Origin: an uncultured virus (IMG/VR IMGVR_UViG_3300005469_000597) | Taxonomy: Duplodnaviria > Heunggongvirae > Uroviricota > Caudoviricetes | DNA length: 64,000 nt | Reading direction: 5' to 3' (one strand) | IMG/VR virus record: IMGVR_UViG_3300005469_000597 | Part shown: positions 48,277 through 58,423 of the stretch, in pieces | Position numbering within the stretch: position 1 is the first letter of the stretch | Layout of the letters: each line of letters starts with the position of its first letter | Made by a program: the position numbers and the translations under genes | The notes under the pieces: generated by a model | The model's database searches: none | What the model was told of the DNA's origin: nothing | What the model saw: the letters and a program-made list of their open reading frames with translations, nothing else

Positions 48277-48929
48277 TTTTTCTCGCCCTCCAGTGCGACA
48301 CGGACATCTCTAACGTCAATCACATTGCTCTTGCTCACCTTGCCGGTCTTGTAGGATTTCATCCTCTGCATTCCGAGCCTCTCACGGAGCCAGTTGCTGT
48401 CGACCTCACTGGCCGACTGGATGATGAACAGCTCGTGCCGCTCATCATACTTGGGAACGAGAGGATAGACGGCGGTTTCATCGGTGATGGAGTCGAACCG
48501 TTCCTTGAACTCATCGACAGGCTTCTCCGGGGCGAACTCAACGCCCCAGCCCTGCAACTCATCTTTGTCCCATTCGTTGAGCATCACGTCCTTGTCATTC
48601 TCGCCGAAACTCACATTGTCCTTTGTGGCGTATTCGCGCAACTTCTTTACGTCGGTTTCAGGGTCAAGGACTTTACAGGGAAGCTCTTTGTAGCCGAGTT
48701 CCTTGCAAGCCCTCAAACGCAAATTGCCACAAACGACTAAATAGCGTCCTTCGGCATAAGGATAGACAATCAGCTCACGAAGCTCAAGCATCTCCGGGGA
48801 CTCGGCAATGCTCTTTTTCATCGCTTCATACCGGTAGTCCCGAAAGAACCGGGGATTCTTCGGGAGTCCCGATAGTTGCCCCTTGTTGAAATCAAGGAGG
48901 CTGATAGGAATAATTGTTATTTCTGCCAT
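48273..48929 (-). CDS. ParB/sulfiredoxin-like N-terminal domain protein
   Basis: PKNPR, VVCGNLRLRAC. Confidence 0.75.
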   Translation of the reverse strand: MAEITIIPISLLDFNKGQLSGLPKNPRFFRDYRYEAMKKSIAESPEMLELRELIVYPYAEGRYLVVCGNLRLRACKELGYKELPCKVLDPETDVKKLREYATKDNVSFGENDKDVMLNEWDKDELQGWGVEFAPEKPVDEFKERFDSITDETAVYPLVPKYDERHELFIIQSASEVDSNWLRERLGMQRMKSYKTGKVSKSNVIDVRDVRVALEGEKK

Positions 48930-48975
48930 GACTAAACATCATCATTAAAACATCATCATTAGCCACACACGAAAC

Positions 48976-49269
48976 CTACAATTTGGCTGATTCTTGCTCC
49001 AGCGTGTCGCGGAGCAGTTGCTCGACATTCTTACACCCGATGCGTTCAAGGTATGTAAGACTGGCAATAATGACCTCGGCGGCTGCTACCTCTTTCTCGC
49101 TCCAGCCATCGACGGACTCGCTTGAAAAGCTCGTCGCATCGTACAGCTCTCGCCATTTCCGGGAAATCTCGTATAGAGATACCCGTGAGGAACTCGTCTC
49201 GGTTATTTTGCCGCCTTCAATCGCAACCTGAACACATTGGGCTGCAAATCTTCTCAGCGGTATTGCCAT
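48976..49269 (-). CDS. Hypothetical protein
   Basis: 97-aa ORF. Confidence 0.55.
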   Translation of the reverse strand: MAIPLRRFAAQCVQVAIEGGKITETSSSRVSLYEISRKWRELYDATSFSSESVDGWSEKEVAAAEVIIASLTYLERIGCKNVEQLLRDTLEQESAKL

Positions 49270-49356
49270 TTGTGATGAGTTTTGGGTTTGTGAATGACTG
49301 GTTAATACACACGGTTCAGGAGCGGGGAGGCGATTTGTTCAACTGTTTCATGTCGG

Positions 49357-49560
49357 TTAATGTTTCTTCACGCGAAATGCAAGCACGCAAAAGGAGATGA
49401 CTGCAAGCACCACTACGAGTGCCACAACAATCCAGAGTGGCGATGTAATCCACCACCAGGACCACGTTACAAGGTTCGTCAGCTTCAGAATTAGAAACAC
49501 GACGAACACGACAACAGGCAGACTTAGGCCGATTGCCGGGGAGGGGTTCTTTTTTTCCAT
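49357..49560 (-). CDS. Small membrane protein
   Basis: FLILKLTNLVTWSWWWITSPLWI; ATG 49560 preferred. Confidence 0.65.
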   Translation of the reverse strand: MEKKNPSPAIGLSLPVVVFVVFLILKLTNLVTWSWWWITSPLWIVVALVVVLAVISFCVLAFRVKKH

Positions 49561-49567
49561 ATTCTTA

Positions 49568-52213
49568 TTATTTGGTTTGAAGTTCTGCTGGCAACTCCTC
49601 ATTGTCATCCTCAGCATTCTCTTCGTCGAGGAAATCAAACAATGACGGAGCTTCCTTTTTATTAGCGGCCTGGGCGCAATACTGAGCACCATCAAGGAAA
49701 TATGTCGGCGAGAGTTCTATGCCCCAGCCCTTGCGGCCCTTGTTGAGCGCACAGTAGGGAACCGTCATCAGACCACCGAATGGGTCAAGCACAACATCAC
49801 CGGGATTACTCATCTGGTCAATCACACGGTTCACTATATCGAATTGCAGTGGGCATAGGTGTTGTTCCTTACCCTTGACAGACTGAATGGTGTTGAGGGT
49901 TCGCATACGGGCGATGTCAGACCAAACATCATCCGTCCAACTCCCGGGCTGGAGCAGCATGAAGCCCGTAGGCAGTTTGCCGTGCAGCTCCAGTTCTTCA
50001 GCGATCTTCACGACATAATCATAATCCCACACATTGGTGAGAGTGTACCGGCGAAAGTATCGGTAAATAGCCTTGTGGTCCATCTTCGCTATCTCCTCGG
50101 GAGTCATAAGACGGTCGCCGGAGGATCGAGTGTAGCCGTGGGCATCCATCTGCCAGCGGGCGCGGCTGTACCCGTCAGGATTATCCCACTGCCGCGTCTG
50201 CTCGTTCCACCACTTCTTATCCTTGACAACAGGGATATCCGCGTAAGCGTTGGTGCGGTCTGTGGCTGGCTTACGGAAGATGAGAAGATACTCCGGCATA
50301 CCGACACCCATTTTGGTGCCGTCCTTGCACTGCTCAGTCCATCCGAGACGATATGTCTGATTGTTCTCCCTGACTACATCGGTAACGATGGTTTTCATGC
50401 CCATGTAGGCAAACCCGTGTCGGGTGTAATGGGCGATGCATTCGCAGTGGAATGGATAGACCGTCTGGCATCCCATACCGCTGAGACCCATTGGCACGAT
50501 GCGGTCTTTGACATGGATAATGGCCATGCGGCCCGGCTGGAGTACTCTGAACAGATTGGGGGTGAGGAAATCCATCTGCTTGAAAAACTCCTCGTTGCTC
50601 TCCGAGTGGCCGAAGTCGGCATAGTTGGGAGAGTATTCGTATTGTGTCGCAAATGGAATAGATGTTACTATGAGGCCAACAGAATTGTCCGGGTAGAGTT
50701 CTGTGTTCTGCAATTCCAGAACATTGTCATTGTTGGCAATGCGGTAGCCATCACCGACAATCTCCACTCGCTCGACACCCATTTTGCGGGCGAGGTGCGC
50801 CGCCATCTCCTTGTGGGAGAGTCCGTATTTCTTTATGATTTCTGTCATGTTGTGAACGAGTTTATTGTGGTTCTGCCACTTGGTTTCAAGAGCCTTGCGG
50901 ACCCCGCGCTCTGCCTCAGTGTAGATGAGGTCAACCCTTACGACTTTCGTCTGAAGGAATCGCTGCAAGCGGTGGATTGATTGGATAAAGTCATTGAACT
51001 TATAACCTATGCCGAGGTATATGGCCCAGGAGCAATGACGCTGAAAGTTACAGCCGGAACCGGCAATGACTGGCTTTGCGGCCAACTCCTGAATACGGCC
51101 ATAGGAGAAGTCGAGAATGTTGCGCTCTCGCTTCTCATAGTCCTGGGAGCCGTAGATTGACTTGATTGTCGGAATGGCTTTCTCAATAGCGTGGCGTTCA
51201 CTTTCAAGGTCGTGCCAGATGATACGGTGAGCATCGGGATCTTCGGCTCTCAACTCCATCATCTTGGCTATTCGGTCAGGCAGACTCTCGCGTTTTTCTT
51301 TGGCTGACTGTTGCAGGCCCATCGCCTCAGTGGCAAAAAGTATAGGATTGCCGTATTTGTCGACACTTGGCTTAGAGTAGTCCGTCGGTATCTCGTGCCA
51401 TCGCAAGTCAAGTTCCGACAGGATATAACCCTCGTCATCGGTTTCATCGCCGGTAATGTCCGAGGGTTTGCTTACGAATAAGGCCCAAGAGGATACCCAC
51501 AGCCAAAACTCTTCTTCCTTGTGTGGGTGTAGGGTCAGATTGTCGGCGTGCGTGGAGTCTCGCTTAAAAAAGCGAGTTTTAGCTTGCGACACATCCATGA
51601 TGCCGAGGAAGTCGGCATAGGCAAGCAGCTCTATGTAATCGTTAGGTGAGGGTGTGGCGGTTGCCACATAGCGGAACTTGATACGCTCTGCCTGGCGGCG
51701 CACCTGCATGGGGCCGCCATCGCCGGTGAACAGACGCATAAACTCCCGGAATGTCTTTGAGCCTCCGAGACCTCTCAGAACCGATGCCTCGTCAAGGCTG
51801 GCTACGACAAACAATTCAGGGTCTAATTTGCCGTCTCGGATACTTTCGTAGTTGGTAAGGTATATACCGTCTCCGTCCATCTCTTCAGGGCGACGTATGA
51901 ATTTAGGTGGGATAACCCATCCGAGGATGTTCTTGGAGTCCTCAACGAACTCTTGTCTGACCGACAGTGGGCAGACTATCAGTCCGGAGCCATGCCCTAC
52001 CTTTGTGAGAGTGAGCCGCACGGCCTCCAGCTGAGTGACGGTCTTATGCAGCCCGAAAGAAGCGAAACACGCCCTCTTGCCACCTTCAACAAGCCACTTT
52101 ACCATCAGTTTGTTGTGAGGTTTGAGGTTGGGATTTATTTCGCTCATGTCAACCTTGAAGCCGTAATCCTCGGAGATTTTTATTTTTGATTTGAGAAATT
52201 CCTGATACTCCAT
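49568..52213 (-). CDS. SNF2-like helicase fused to an N6/N4 DNA methyltransferase
   Basis: FGLHKT, LDEAS, TATPSPND; TSIPF and VLDPFGG; ATG 52213 preferred. Confidence 0.85.
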   Translation of the reverse strand: MEYQEFLKSKIKISEDYGFKVDMSEINPNLKPHNKLMVKWLVEGGKRACFASFGLHKTVTQLEAVRLTLTKVGHGSGLIVCPLSVRQEFVEDSKNILGWVIPPKFIRRPEEMDGDGIYLTNYESIRDGKLDPELFVVASLDEASVLRGLGGSKTFREFMRLFTGDGGPMQVRRQAERIKFRYVATATPSPNDYIELLAYADFLGIMDVSQAKTRFFKRDSTHADNLTLHPHKEEEFWLWVSSWALFVSKPSDITGDETDDEGYILSELDLRWHEIPTDYSKPSVDKYGNPILFATEAMGLQQSAKEKRESLPDRIAKMMELRAEDPDAHRIIWHDLESERHAIEKAIPTIKSIYGSQDYEKRERNILDFSYGRIQELAAKPVIAGSGCNFQRHCSWAIYLGIGYKFNDFIQSIHRLQRFLQTKVVRVDLIYTEAERGVRKALETKWQNHNKLVHNMTEIIKKYGLSHKEMAAHLARKMGVERVEIVGDGYRIANNDNVLELQNTELYPDNSVGLIVTSIPFATQYEYSPNYADFGHSESNEEFFKQMDFLTPNLFRVLQPGRMAIIHVKDRIVPMGLSGMGCQTVYPFHCECIAHYTRHGFAYMGMKTIVTDVVRENNQTYRLGWTEQCKDGTKMGVGMPEYLLIFRKPATDRTNAYADIPVVKDKKWWNEQTRQWDNPDGYSRARWQMDAHGYTRSSGDRLMTPEEIAKMDHKAIYRYFRRYTLTNVWDYDYVVKIAEELELHGKLPTGFMLLQPGSWTDDVWSDIARMRTLNTIQSVKGKEQHLCPLQFDIVNRVIDQMSNPGDVVLDPFGGLMTVPYCALNKGRKGWGIELSPTYFLDGAQYCAQAANKKEAPSLFDFLDEENAEDDNEELPAELQTK

Positions 52214-52286
52214 AGTAAAATAGGCGACACCACTCAGAAGATGAGCGGTGCCGCGTTTGGATTGATGATGTGATTGACTCGTTACC

Positions 52287-54257
52287 TCACTTCTTGGGGG
52301 CTTCAAGCTGTTCGCAGACTGCCACTCTGACACCTGCTTTCGTTAGTTTTCGCACATAGGTGTCGAGTGCATTATGAGGGAACCCGGCGACCATCTTCTT
52401 GCCACGCTTGGTAATGGTTATCTGGAGTAACTCAGCGGCTTTTTCCGCATCCTCGTTGAACAACTCGTAGAAGTCATTGACGCGGAAGATGAGGATTGAA
52501 CCAGGGTGCTTCTTCTTCATCTCCTTGAATTGCTTCTCTATGGAGGTTGGACGCTTGGCCGGAGTGGTTTCGGCGGCAGGTGCCTCGGTTTCGATTTTCT
52601 TACCGTCAAGAGTATAACCGAGGGCTTTCAGCTGAGCCGTGATTTTCTTCTCGCTCTTGCTGAATTTCTCGTTGACCTTGTCGCGGGCCTCATTGTACTC
52701 GACAGGGCACCAAATCTCTCCGAGACGGTCAACATGAGGCTTGGCCAGGTGCTTGACTTCATCAAGGATGAGAATTGTGGTACCGCAAGCAAGCGCGTGT
52801 TTCATCCATGCTCTGAGAATAAAGGGCGCCATCTCAAAATGGCCGGAGACATAGGCCGTGATTTCCTCGGCGGAGGGATACTTACCGAGGCCGAGTTCGG
52901 TGCAGAGCTCGCTATTGTTCTTCACCATCATTGAGTAAGCGAGGATAAACTCGGAATTGTCAAGTCCGTTGAGGTCCTTGATTTGGCCATGCTCGCCGAG
53001 AGCCTTACAACCCTGAGATACAAGGTAGGCAGGGAGCGAGCTTTTCTCAGACTTGTACTTACTGACAAGCTCCTGAACTTTGAGAGGGAGTCCGTTGCTG
53101 TCAATATTCGTGGTCTGATCGTCTTTTTTGAGGTACCACGCCTGCTCTTCTATGCGGATGTAGTTGTAGCTCCCCAACTGAATAACACGGTAGCACTCTC
53201 CGCTCTCCAGGAATTTTTGAGTGCGTTCATCGTCCATGTCGTACCAGCATCGGCTCTTGAACTGACTCGACGGCTCAACTATTTCGTAGCCGAGTTCCTT
53301 GACTTTGGCGCGTACAGCCTCTTTGAGTTTTTTGATACTGCCGGGGGCATAGGAATCATTACCTATGGCTATAACAGCTTTGCCCTTTTCAAGAGGCTGT
53401 CCGGCCTTGACAAGAGTGCTGTCATTGCTCCGCAGATATTCCGCGATGTAGGCAACAGTCTTGGCGATGAATTTATCCTCGCAAGTACACTGGCCGTCGG
53501 TGGCTTTCATTTCGTAGAACAGACAGCCGTGGTTGCAGATGTTGTGCTGACACTCACTGCAAGAGGTGCCACAACCACCGGCAAATTCAGCATCGCTTTT
53601 CCACACTGCATCAATGATGTTGAGGAACAGGCCCTTGACAAATCCCGAAGCGTTTGCTGTTGTGAAGCCCTGATAGCTGTCATCGTACTGCTTGAAGTAT
53701 GCGCGCTGCTGATCCTCGGTAACTTTGCAGATTATCATGGCCGCACTGATGGGCATCTTTTCCTCTTTCAAGGCTTTCATCAACTCAGGAATGAGAGAGT
53801 TGAGTTTGATGCGGTCCTGAACGAAGCGGATGCTCTTGCCGAAGCGGAGCGCAATGTCTTGGATTGAGCTGCCTTTCTTTTGGAGTTGCCCGAAAGCAAA
53901 GGCTTCCTCCATCGGGTCAACATCCTGACGTTGCAGGTTCTCGGTGATCATCGCGTCGAAGGCCTCCTCATCGGACATCTCTTTCACAATGGCCATAATC
54001 TCGTCCCAGGGATTGAACGGCAACTCGTTATTGAGTTCCGTTTCCTCAAAGAGGATACGGTAAGCACGATAGCGGCGCTCTCCGCAGACAATCTCATACT
54101 CGGTGTTATCTGCTACCGGACGCACCGTGATAGGCTGGAGAAGTCCCTGCTGACGAATATTCTCCGACAGTTCCTTCAACGCCGCCTCGTCGAATGTTTT
54201 GCGAGGATTCATCGGTGACGGATGCACCGATGATAGTTTTACGGATTTTACTTCCAT
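52287..54257 (-). CDS. ParB/Spo0J-family protein with a C-terminal MutS domain-I-like module
   Basis: NPRK, GLLQPI, CGERRYRA, ENLQR; C-terminal FRVNDFYELF..DA, AGFP, VAVCEQ. Confidence 0.85.
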   Translation of the reverse strand: MEVKSVKLSSVHPSPMNPRKTFDEAALKELSENIRQQGLLQPITVRPVADNTEYEIVCGERRYRAYRILFEETELNNELPFNPWDEIMAIVKEMSDEEAFDAMITENLQRQDVDPMEEAFAFGQLQKKGSSIQDIALRFGKSIRFVQDRIKLNSLIPELMKALKEEKMPISAAMIICKVTEDQQRAYFKQYDDSYQGFTTANASGFVKGLFLNIIDAVWKSDAEFAGGCGTSCSECQHNICNHGCLFYEMKATDGQCTCEDKFIAKTVAYIAEYLRSNDSTLVKAGQPLEKGKAVIAIGNDSYAPGSIKKLKEAVRAKVKELGYEIVEPSSQFKSRCWYDMDDERTQKFLESGECYRVIQLGSYNYIRIEEQAWYLKKDDQTTNIDSNGLPLKVQELVSKYKSEKSSLPAYLVSQGCKALGEHGQIKDLNGLDNSEFILAYSMMVKNNSELCTELGLGKYPSAEEITAYVSGHFEMAPFILRAWMKHALACGTTILILDEVKHLAKPHVDRLGEIWCPVEYNEARDKVNEKFSKSEKKITAQLKALGYTLDGKKIETEAPAAETTPAKRPTSIEKQFKEMKKKHPGSILIFRVNDFYELFNEDAEKAAELLQITITKRGKKMVAGFPHNALDTYVRKLTKAGVRVAVCEQLEAPKK

Positions 54258-54261
54258 AGTG

Positions 54262-54357
54262 GGTTTTATTGGTTTGACTTTTAGTTGATTGTACTGTAAA
54301 GTTAGTCACCGTGAGCGGATTTTGCAAACAGAATGGCCACCATTTTTACACCATTTT
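54262..54357 (-). promoter_or_regulatory. Phage promoter/leader cassette copy 4
   Basis: AAATGGTG x2, TTTG-N20-TAACTTTACAG, 19/19 leader motif. Confidence 0.8.
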
Positions 54358-54577
54358 ACCATGAGTAAGTGGCACCGTTGAATGTCCATTCAACTTTCTG
54401 ATAGCGGAAGAAACCGCGTCGGGCAGTCTCTTCAAACATCGGAATATCTTTCGTCTTGATCTCTCCGGGAGTATGACCGTTCACAGTCGTATATTTGGGA
54501 AGACCGAAATGTTTCCTAATGGCCACGATTGCTTCCTCGTCTTTCGTGACCCAATAGATTACAACCTTCATCGCCAT
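54356..54577 (-). CDS. Hypothetical protein
   Basis: ~71-73-aa ORF coupled to the ATPase gene. Confidence 0.6.
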   Translation of the reverse strand: MAMKVVIYWVTKDEEAIVAIRKHFGLPKYTTVNGHTPGEIKTKDIPMFEETARRGFFRYQKVEWTFNGATYSW

Positions 54578-55269
54578 GACTCGCCGGACATTTGAACGAA
54601 GTTGAACATTTCAAAGCAGCGGTCATAGATATGGTCGCCGTAGATTTCGCCAATCTGTTCAGGGGCGAGATTGGAGGTGACATGGGTAAAATCGCCGCGT
54701 CTTATGTCATATCGCCGTTGGAAGATATACTGAAAGACATTCTCCATATTACCGAAAAATCCGGTGGGGATACATTCGCGGCCGACTTCATCGAAAGCCT
54801 GACGGCATGATGTTATGTACTCCTCAATGCCTGGGTACCCTTCTTTGGCGAACATTCCGGCAACGTAGCTGGCGTTGGTAATGCGGAAGCTATATGCCCA
54901 GGGGTCGCGGCGCATCGTTCTCGGATTGTCTTTTTCCCGATAACATACAGGGCGGCGCACCATGTGGCAATAGTCTCGGATGATTTCAAGCATTGTCGAT
55001 TTGCCGGTGCCGATGTCGCCCCATAGCCACAGACCTTTGTCGGGATCCAATTTGCCGTCAATCATCAGGCACCACCGCACAAGGTCGTTCAGTAAAGGCT
55101 TCATGCTGTCGCGGATTTGGAATTTGGGGCAAATGGACTTGCATATTTCGAGAAAATCAAGTTTCTCCTGACGGGTCACGTCTCTTGAGCCCGCAACTTG
55201 GCGTGACTTTTCCTCGAATGGGTATGCCGCCGCTTGGAGGTATCGGTCTATCTGTTCTGGTTTGCTCAT
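54568..55269 (-). CDS. DnaC/IstB-like P-loop ATPase (helicase loader)
   Basis: GDIGTGKS, FDEVGRE, VTSNL, GESWR; follows the initiator. Confidence 0.8.
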   Translation of the reverse strand: MSKPEQIDRYLQAAAYPFEEKSRQVAGSRDVTRQEKLDFLEICKSICPKFQIRDSMKPLLNDLVRWCLMIDGKLDPDKGLWLWGDIGTGKSTMLEIIRDYCHMVRRPVCYREKDNPRTMRRDPWAYSFRITNASYVAGMFAKEGYPGIEEYITSCRQAFDEVGRECIPTGFFGNMENVFQYIFQRRYDIRRGDFTHVTSNLAPEQIGEIYGDHIYDRCFEMFNFVQMSGESWR

Positions 55270-56053
55270 TTTGTTTCCTTTCTTTTTCTCGCTTTTCATC
55301 GTCGATTATCCACGAATTTGCTTTGCTATTCCAACGAGTAATGCGTCGGTTGTATTTATCAATCCAGCCTACAGCTGCGTAATTGTCGTAAAACCGACGC
55401 GCACTCTCTTCCCAATTTTCCAGACGCTTGTCGGCATCTTGGCTCAGGAAGTACCGCCGGACATCATCGAGTGTCGGCGGCTCAAAAGTAATTTTTGGCT
55501 TTGGCGGAGATTTTTTCTTTGCAGCCTTTCTCTCTTCCTCAGCAAAAAGACTTTCAGGTTCTATGAGTTGAGGTGCGCCGCGTGTTGCGACAGCAACACT
55601 ATTGTCTTTAGTCTTATGTCTTCTTTCTTCTATTAATAAGGTGGAATCAGGCGTTGTGTTACCTTTGTGTAACCCTTGTGTTACCTTTGTGTTTCCATTT
55701 GTGTTACCTTCGTGTTTCTCAGGGGAAACACAATCGGAAACACAAAACCTCTCATAAAGCTCCGAATTATTGATATTGACCCCATCTATAAGATAGATAG
55801 TCGGACCTCTCCCTTGTGCCTCTATAAAATCAATCATACCGCGTTGCTTGAGCCTATTCCTGGCCTCTCCAATCGTCTTGCGAGAAATCTGAAGGCATAC
55901 TTCCAAATTCCTCGTCTGCAATTCAAAGGGGTTAAGCCATCTTCTAATATTGCACTCATTTAGCAGGAAAAAGTAAATAGCAGTGTCTATATCTGAAAAT
56001 TTCTTAACGCGATAGGCTTCCCAAAAGCGGTTTATTAAATCTATGTAGGTCAT
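55157..56053 (-). CDS. Phage replication initiator
   Basis: N-terminal wHTH (ARNRLKQRGMI), internal iterons, C-terminal PTLDDV..F..Y...GW. Confidence 0.75.
   Translation of the reverse strand: MTYIDLINRFWEAYRVKKFSDIDTAIYFFLLNECNIRRWLNPFELQTRNLEVCLQISRKTIGEARNRLKQRGMIDFIEAQGRGPTIYLIDGVNINNSELYERFCVSDCVSPEKHEGNTNGNTKVTQGLHKGNTTPDSTLLIEERRHKTKDNSVAVATRGAPQLIEPESLFAEEERKAAKKKSPPKPKITFEPPTLDDVRRYFLSQDADKRLENWEESARRFYDNYAAVGWIDKYNRRITRWNSKANSWIIDDEKREKERKQNEQTRTDRPIPPSGGIPIRGKVTPSCGLKRRDPSGET
55654..55745. repeat. Iteron array, probable phage replication origin
   Basis: Six ~11-bp direct repeats TTGTGTTACCT-like plus two inverted GGAAACACAA; AT-rich tract adjacent. Confidence 0.75.
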
Positions 56054-56499
56054 CGGTAAAGTGGGTACTTGTTTAGAGCCTCTTCAATATATGGCGCTGG
56101 CGACACTCTAAGGTATCGGCACACGGCGGTTATGAACTCTATTATACCGTGGCAAACGGCATACACACTGCCGTTTCGCTCTACTAATTCTTGCCACGAT
56201 TTCTGCTCGTCTGACTGGGTTCCGGCCTTAGAACCTTTGCGCTTGGGGACTTTCATCTCAATGCAGAGGCTCGCCTTGCCGCCCGATGGGAACAAGAGAA
56301 TGAGGTCGGCCACTCCTTTGACCTGACCCTCATAGACCATAGATGCACCGGCACGGCCGCCACGCCATCCTCCATTGGGAACAGAGAAAAGCAGACGGTC
56401 AACCTTTGGGAATGTCATACGGAACCAGCATACGCAAGTGTGCTGTATCTTGGCCTCTGAGTAGTCTTTCTCCGCTTCTAAGATTTCCTTTTCTGTCAT
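56050..56499 (-). CDS. VRR-NUC domain nuclease
   Basis: SVPNGG, GVADL, CIEMK, QSDEQ..W. Confidence 0.85.
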   Translation of the reverse strand: MTEKEILEAEKDYSEAKIQHTCVCWFRMTFPKVDRLLFSVPNGGWRGGRAGASMVYEGQVKGVADLILLFPSGGKASLCIEMKVPKRKGSKAGTQSDEQKSWQELVERNGSVYAVCHGIIEFITAVCRYLRVSPAPYIEEALNKYPLYR

Positions 56500-56687
56500 G
56501 GTTTCGGATGTTCGGTGCGTCGGTCGCACTCGTTTAACTGTTTTACAATCTGCTTGACCCGTTCTAAATTGCCATCCCGATTGTCAAATACGGCGATGCT
56601 CTCAAGCTGCGGCCCGAACAATCCGATGCCGTTTTTGAGAATATGGATTCTCTCGCCGATGATTTTATGACGGAACGCTCGTTTCAT
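56496..56687 (-). CDS. Hypothetical protein
   Basis: 63 aa with ATGA overlaps at both ends. Confidence 0.6.
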   Translation of the reverse strand: MKRAFRHKIIGERIHILKNGIGLFGPQLESIAVFDNRDGNLERVKQIVKQLNECDRRTEHPKP

Positions 56688-58420
56688 AACTCATCTCTGA
56701 ACAGGTTCATGGTGATGTTGACAATATCCTCCTCTATTTGAGTGGTTGTGCCGGTCACTCCGTTGGCGATGTCTTTCTTGGTCTGAATGATTTTATACAT
56801 CTTCTCGTCAATGGTCTTGTCGCCGAGGAAGTAATAGCAGTTCACCGCGTTCTTTTGGCCGTTACGGTGGGCGCGGTCCTCGGCCTGCTCACAGTCGCTG
56901 TAAGTCCAGGGGAACTCGATAAAGCCTACGCGGCTGGCGGCTGTCAAGGTCAGGCCCGTACCGCCGGAACGATAGTTGAGGATAATGAGCTTGCAGTCGG
57001 GGTCGTTCTGGAACTTGTCAACGGCGGCCTGCTTCTGAGTGGTATTCTCGCTACCCGTTACGCAGACGGCATCGGGAAATTCTTGTTTGAGAGCTGCCAC
57101 TACATCTTTCAAGAAAGCGAACATGATCAACTTCTCGCCGCCGTCTATGATGTCGTGAATAAAATCCGACACGGCCTTGATTTTGCCGTGAGCTGCTATC
57201 TGTTTGAGGATGCCGATTTGCACCATCACCTGACCTCGCATGGCTCTCATCAGCTTGTCATCCGAGGCGTTCTTATACTGCCTCAGATAGCCGAGCAGGT
57301 TCTTCTCCGCATCTGTGTACTCCTTGCGGTTTGTGATGTCGCAGGTGATATACTGGCGCGTCTTGTCGGGGAGCTGGGTGAGAACCTTTTGCTTTTCCCG
57401 GCGAAAGAAACAACACATCCACAGACGGTAGTTCAACTCACGCAGATTGGAAGATTGCTTGGGTCCGTCGCAGAAGCGTCTCATAAATTGCTGATAGCCG
57501 CCGAAGTCCTCAAGACGGTCAAGAATTTTAAGCTGCTGCACAAGGTCGGTATTGTTGTTGACAACCGGGGTGCCGGTCAGCTCAAATATCCACCTCTTAC
57601 CCTTGCAGATGCCCTCGACATACTTTGCCTGCTGGGTCTTGCTGCATTTGCACTTGTGGCTCTCGTCTATGATGACGCACTTAAAGAGATTGATGCGCTC
57701 GTCAAAATGAATGGAGCGGAGAGTGATACGCTTGGTGGCCGTGACTTTCGTGACGAAAAACTTTTTAAGGCTCTCGTAGTTGGTGATGAACACCGGGCAG
57801 ATAGACTCTCCGTCAGGTCTCTTCAACTCGTAAAAACGGTGCCAGTCGGCTTTGTTGTGGTCATCGAGAATGATTGCATCAATACCGGCGAACTTCTTAA
57901 ACTCGCGCTGCCAGTTGACTTTTAGAGCCGCCGGGCAGATTACAAGTACAGGGAAGGTGTCGCCATACTTGGCCGCTTCTTTGTGCGCCTTGACAACCGT
58001 GCAGATAGCTTGGAGCGTTTTGCCAAGTCCGGGCTGATCGCCAAAGATGCAACGCTGATGGTCCAAAGCATAGCGGACACCCTCCAACTGGTACTCATAA
58101 GGATTCAGGAGCATATAATGGTCGCCGGTGAACGGCTTCATCGGCGGTATCTCGAAGATAACATCACTCGCTTCCTTACGCCTCTGAACCGACATGCAGT
58201 AACGATTCTTGACGGCCCACCCTGCAAAAGCCTCAACATACCACCGAGCATCAAAGCCCGGCGGATAGAAGGGACTCTTCTTTGCTACAATCCACACGCG
58301 GTCTCCGTTGTCCCATCGGGGACGGCTGGGTATGCGCTTGATAACCTCTATGAGACGAGGATTGTAGTCAAAGGAGAGACGGAATGTGCCGGGTGTCTCG
58401 GTAACGTATATTGGGTTCAT
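56684..58420 (-). CDS. SNF2-family (SMARCAL1-like) helicase
   Basis: DQPGLGKT, DESH, LTGTP, QAEDRAHRNGQ. Confidence 0.9.
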   Translation of the reverse strand: MNPIYVTETPGTFRLSFDYNPRLIEVIKRIPSRPRWDNGDRVWIVAKKSPFYPPGFDARWYVEAFAGWAVKNRYCMSVQRRKEASDVIFEIPPMKPFTGDHYMLLNPYEYQLEGVRYALDHQRCIFGDQPGLGKTLQAICTVVKAHKEAAKYGDTFPVLVICPAALKVNWQREFKKFAGIDAIILDDHNKADWHRFYELKRPDGESICPVFITNYESLKKFFVTKVTATKRITLRSIHFDERINLFKCVIIDESHKCKCSKTQQAKYVEGICKGKRWIFELTGTPVVNNNTDLVQQLKILDRLEDFGGYQQFMRRFCDGPKQSSNLRELNYRLWMCCFFRREKQKVLTQLPDKTRQYITCDITNRKEYTDAEKNLLGYLRQYKNASDDKLMRAMRGQVMVQIGILKQIAAHGKIKAVSDFIHDIIDGGEKLIMFAFLKDVVAALKQEFPDAVCVTGSENTTQKQAAVDKFQNDPDCKLIILNYRSGGTGLTLTAASRVGFIEFPWTYSDCEQAEDRAHRNGQKNAVNCYYFLGDKTIDEKMYKIIQTKKDIANGVTGTTTQIEEDIVNITMNLFRDEL

Positions 58421-58423
58421 GTC

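Noticed and set aside
49566..49584. Weak matches to the sRNA-A seed (also near 38312 and 40220)
   Set aside because: Only about 9-10 nt in AT-rich leaders; could be chance
52287..52530. MutS-I-like domain as the DGR accessory gene
   Set aside because: About 44 kb from the RT and fused to ParB; any link is speculative
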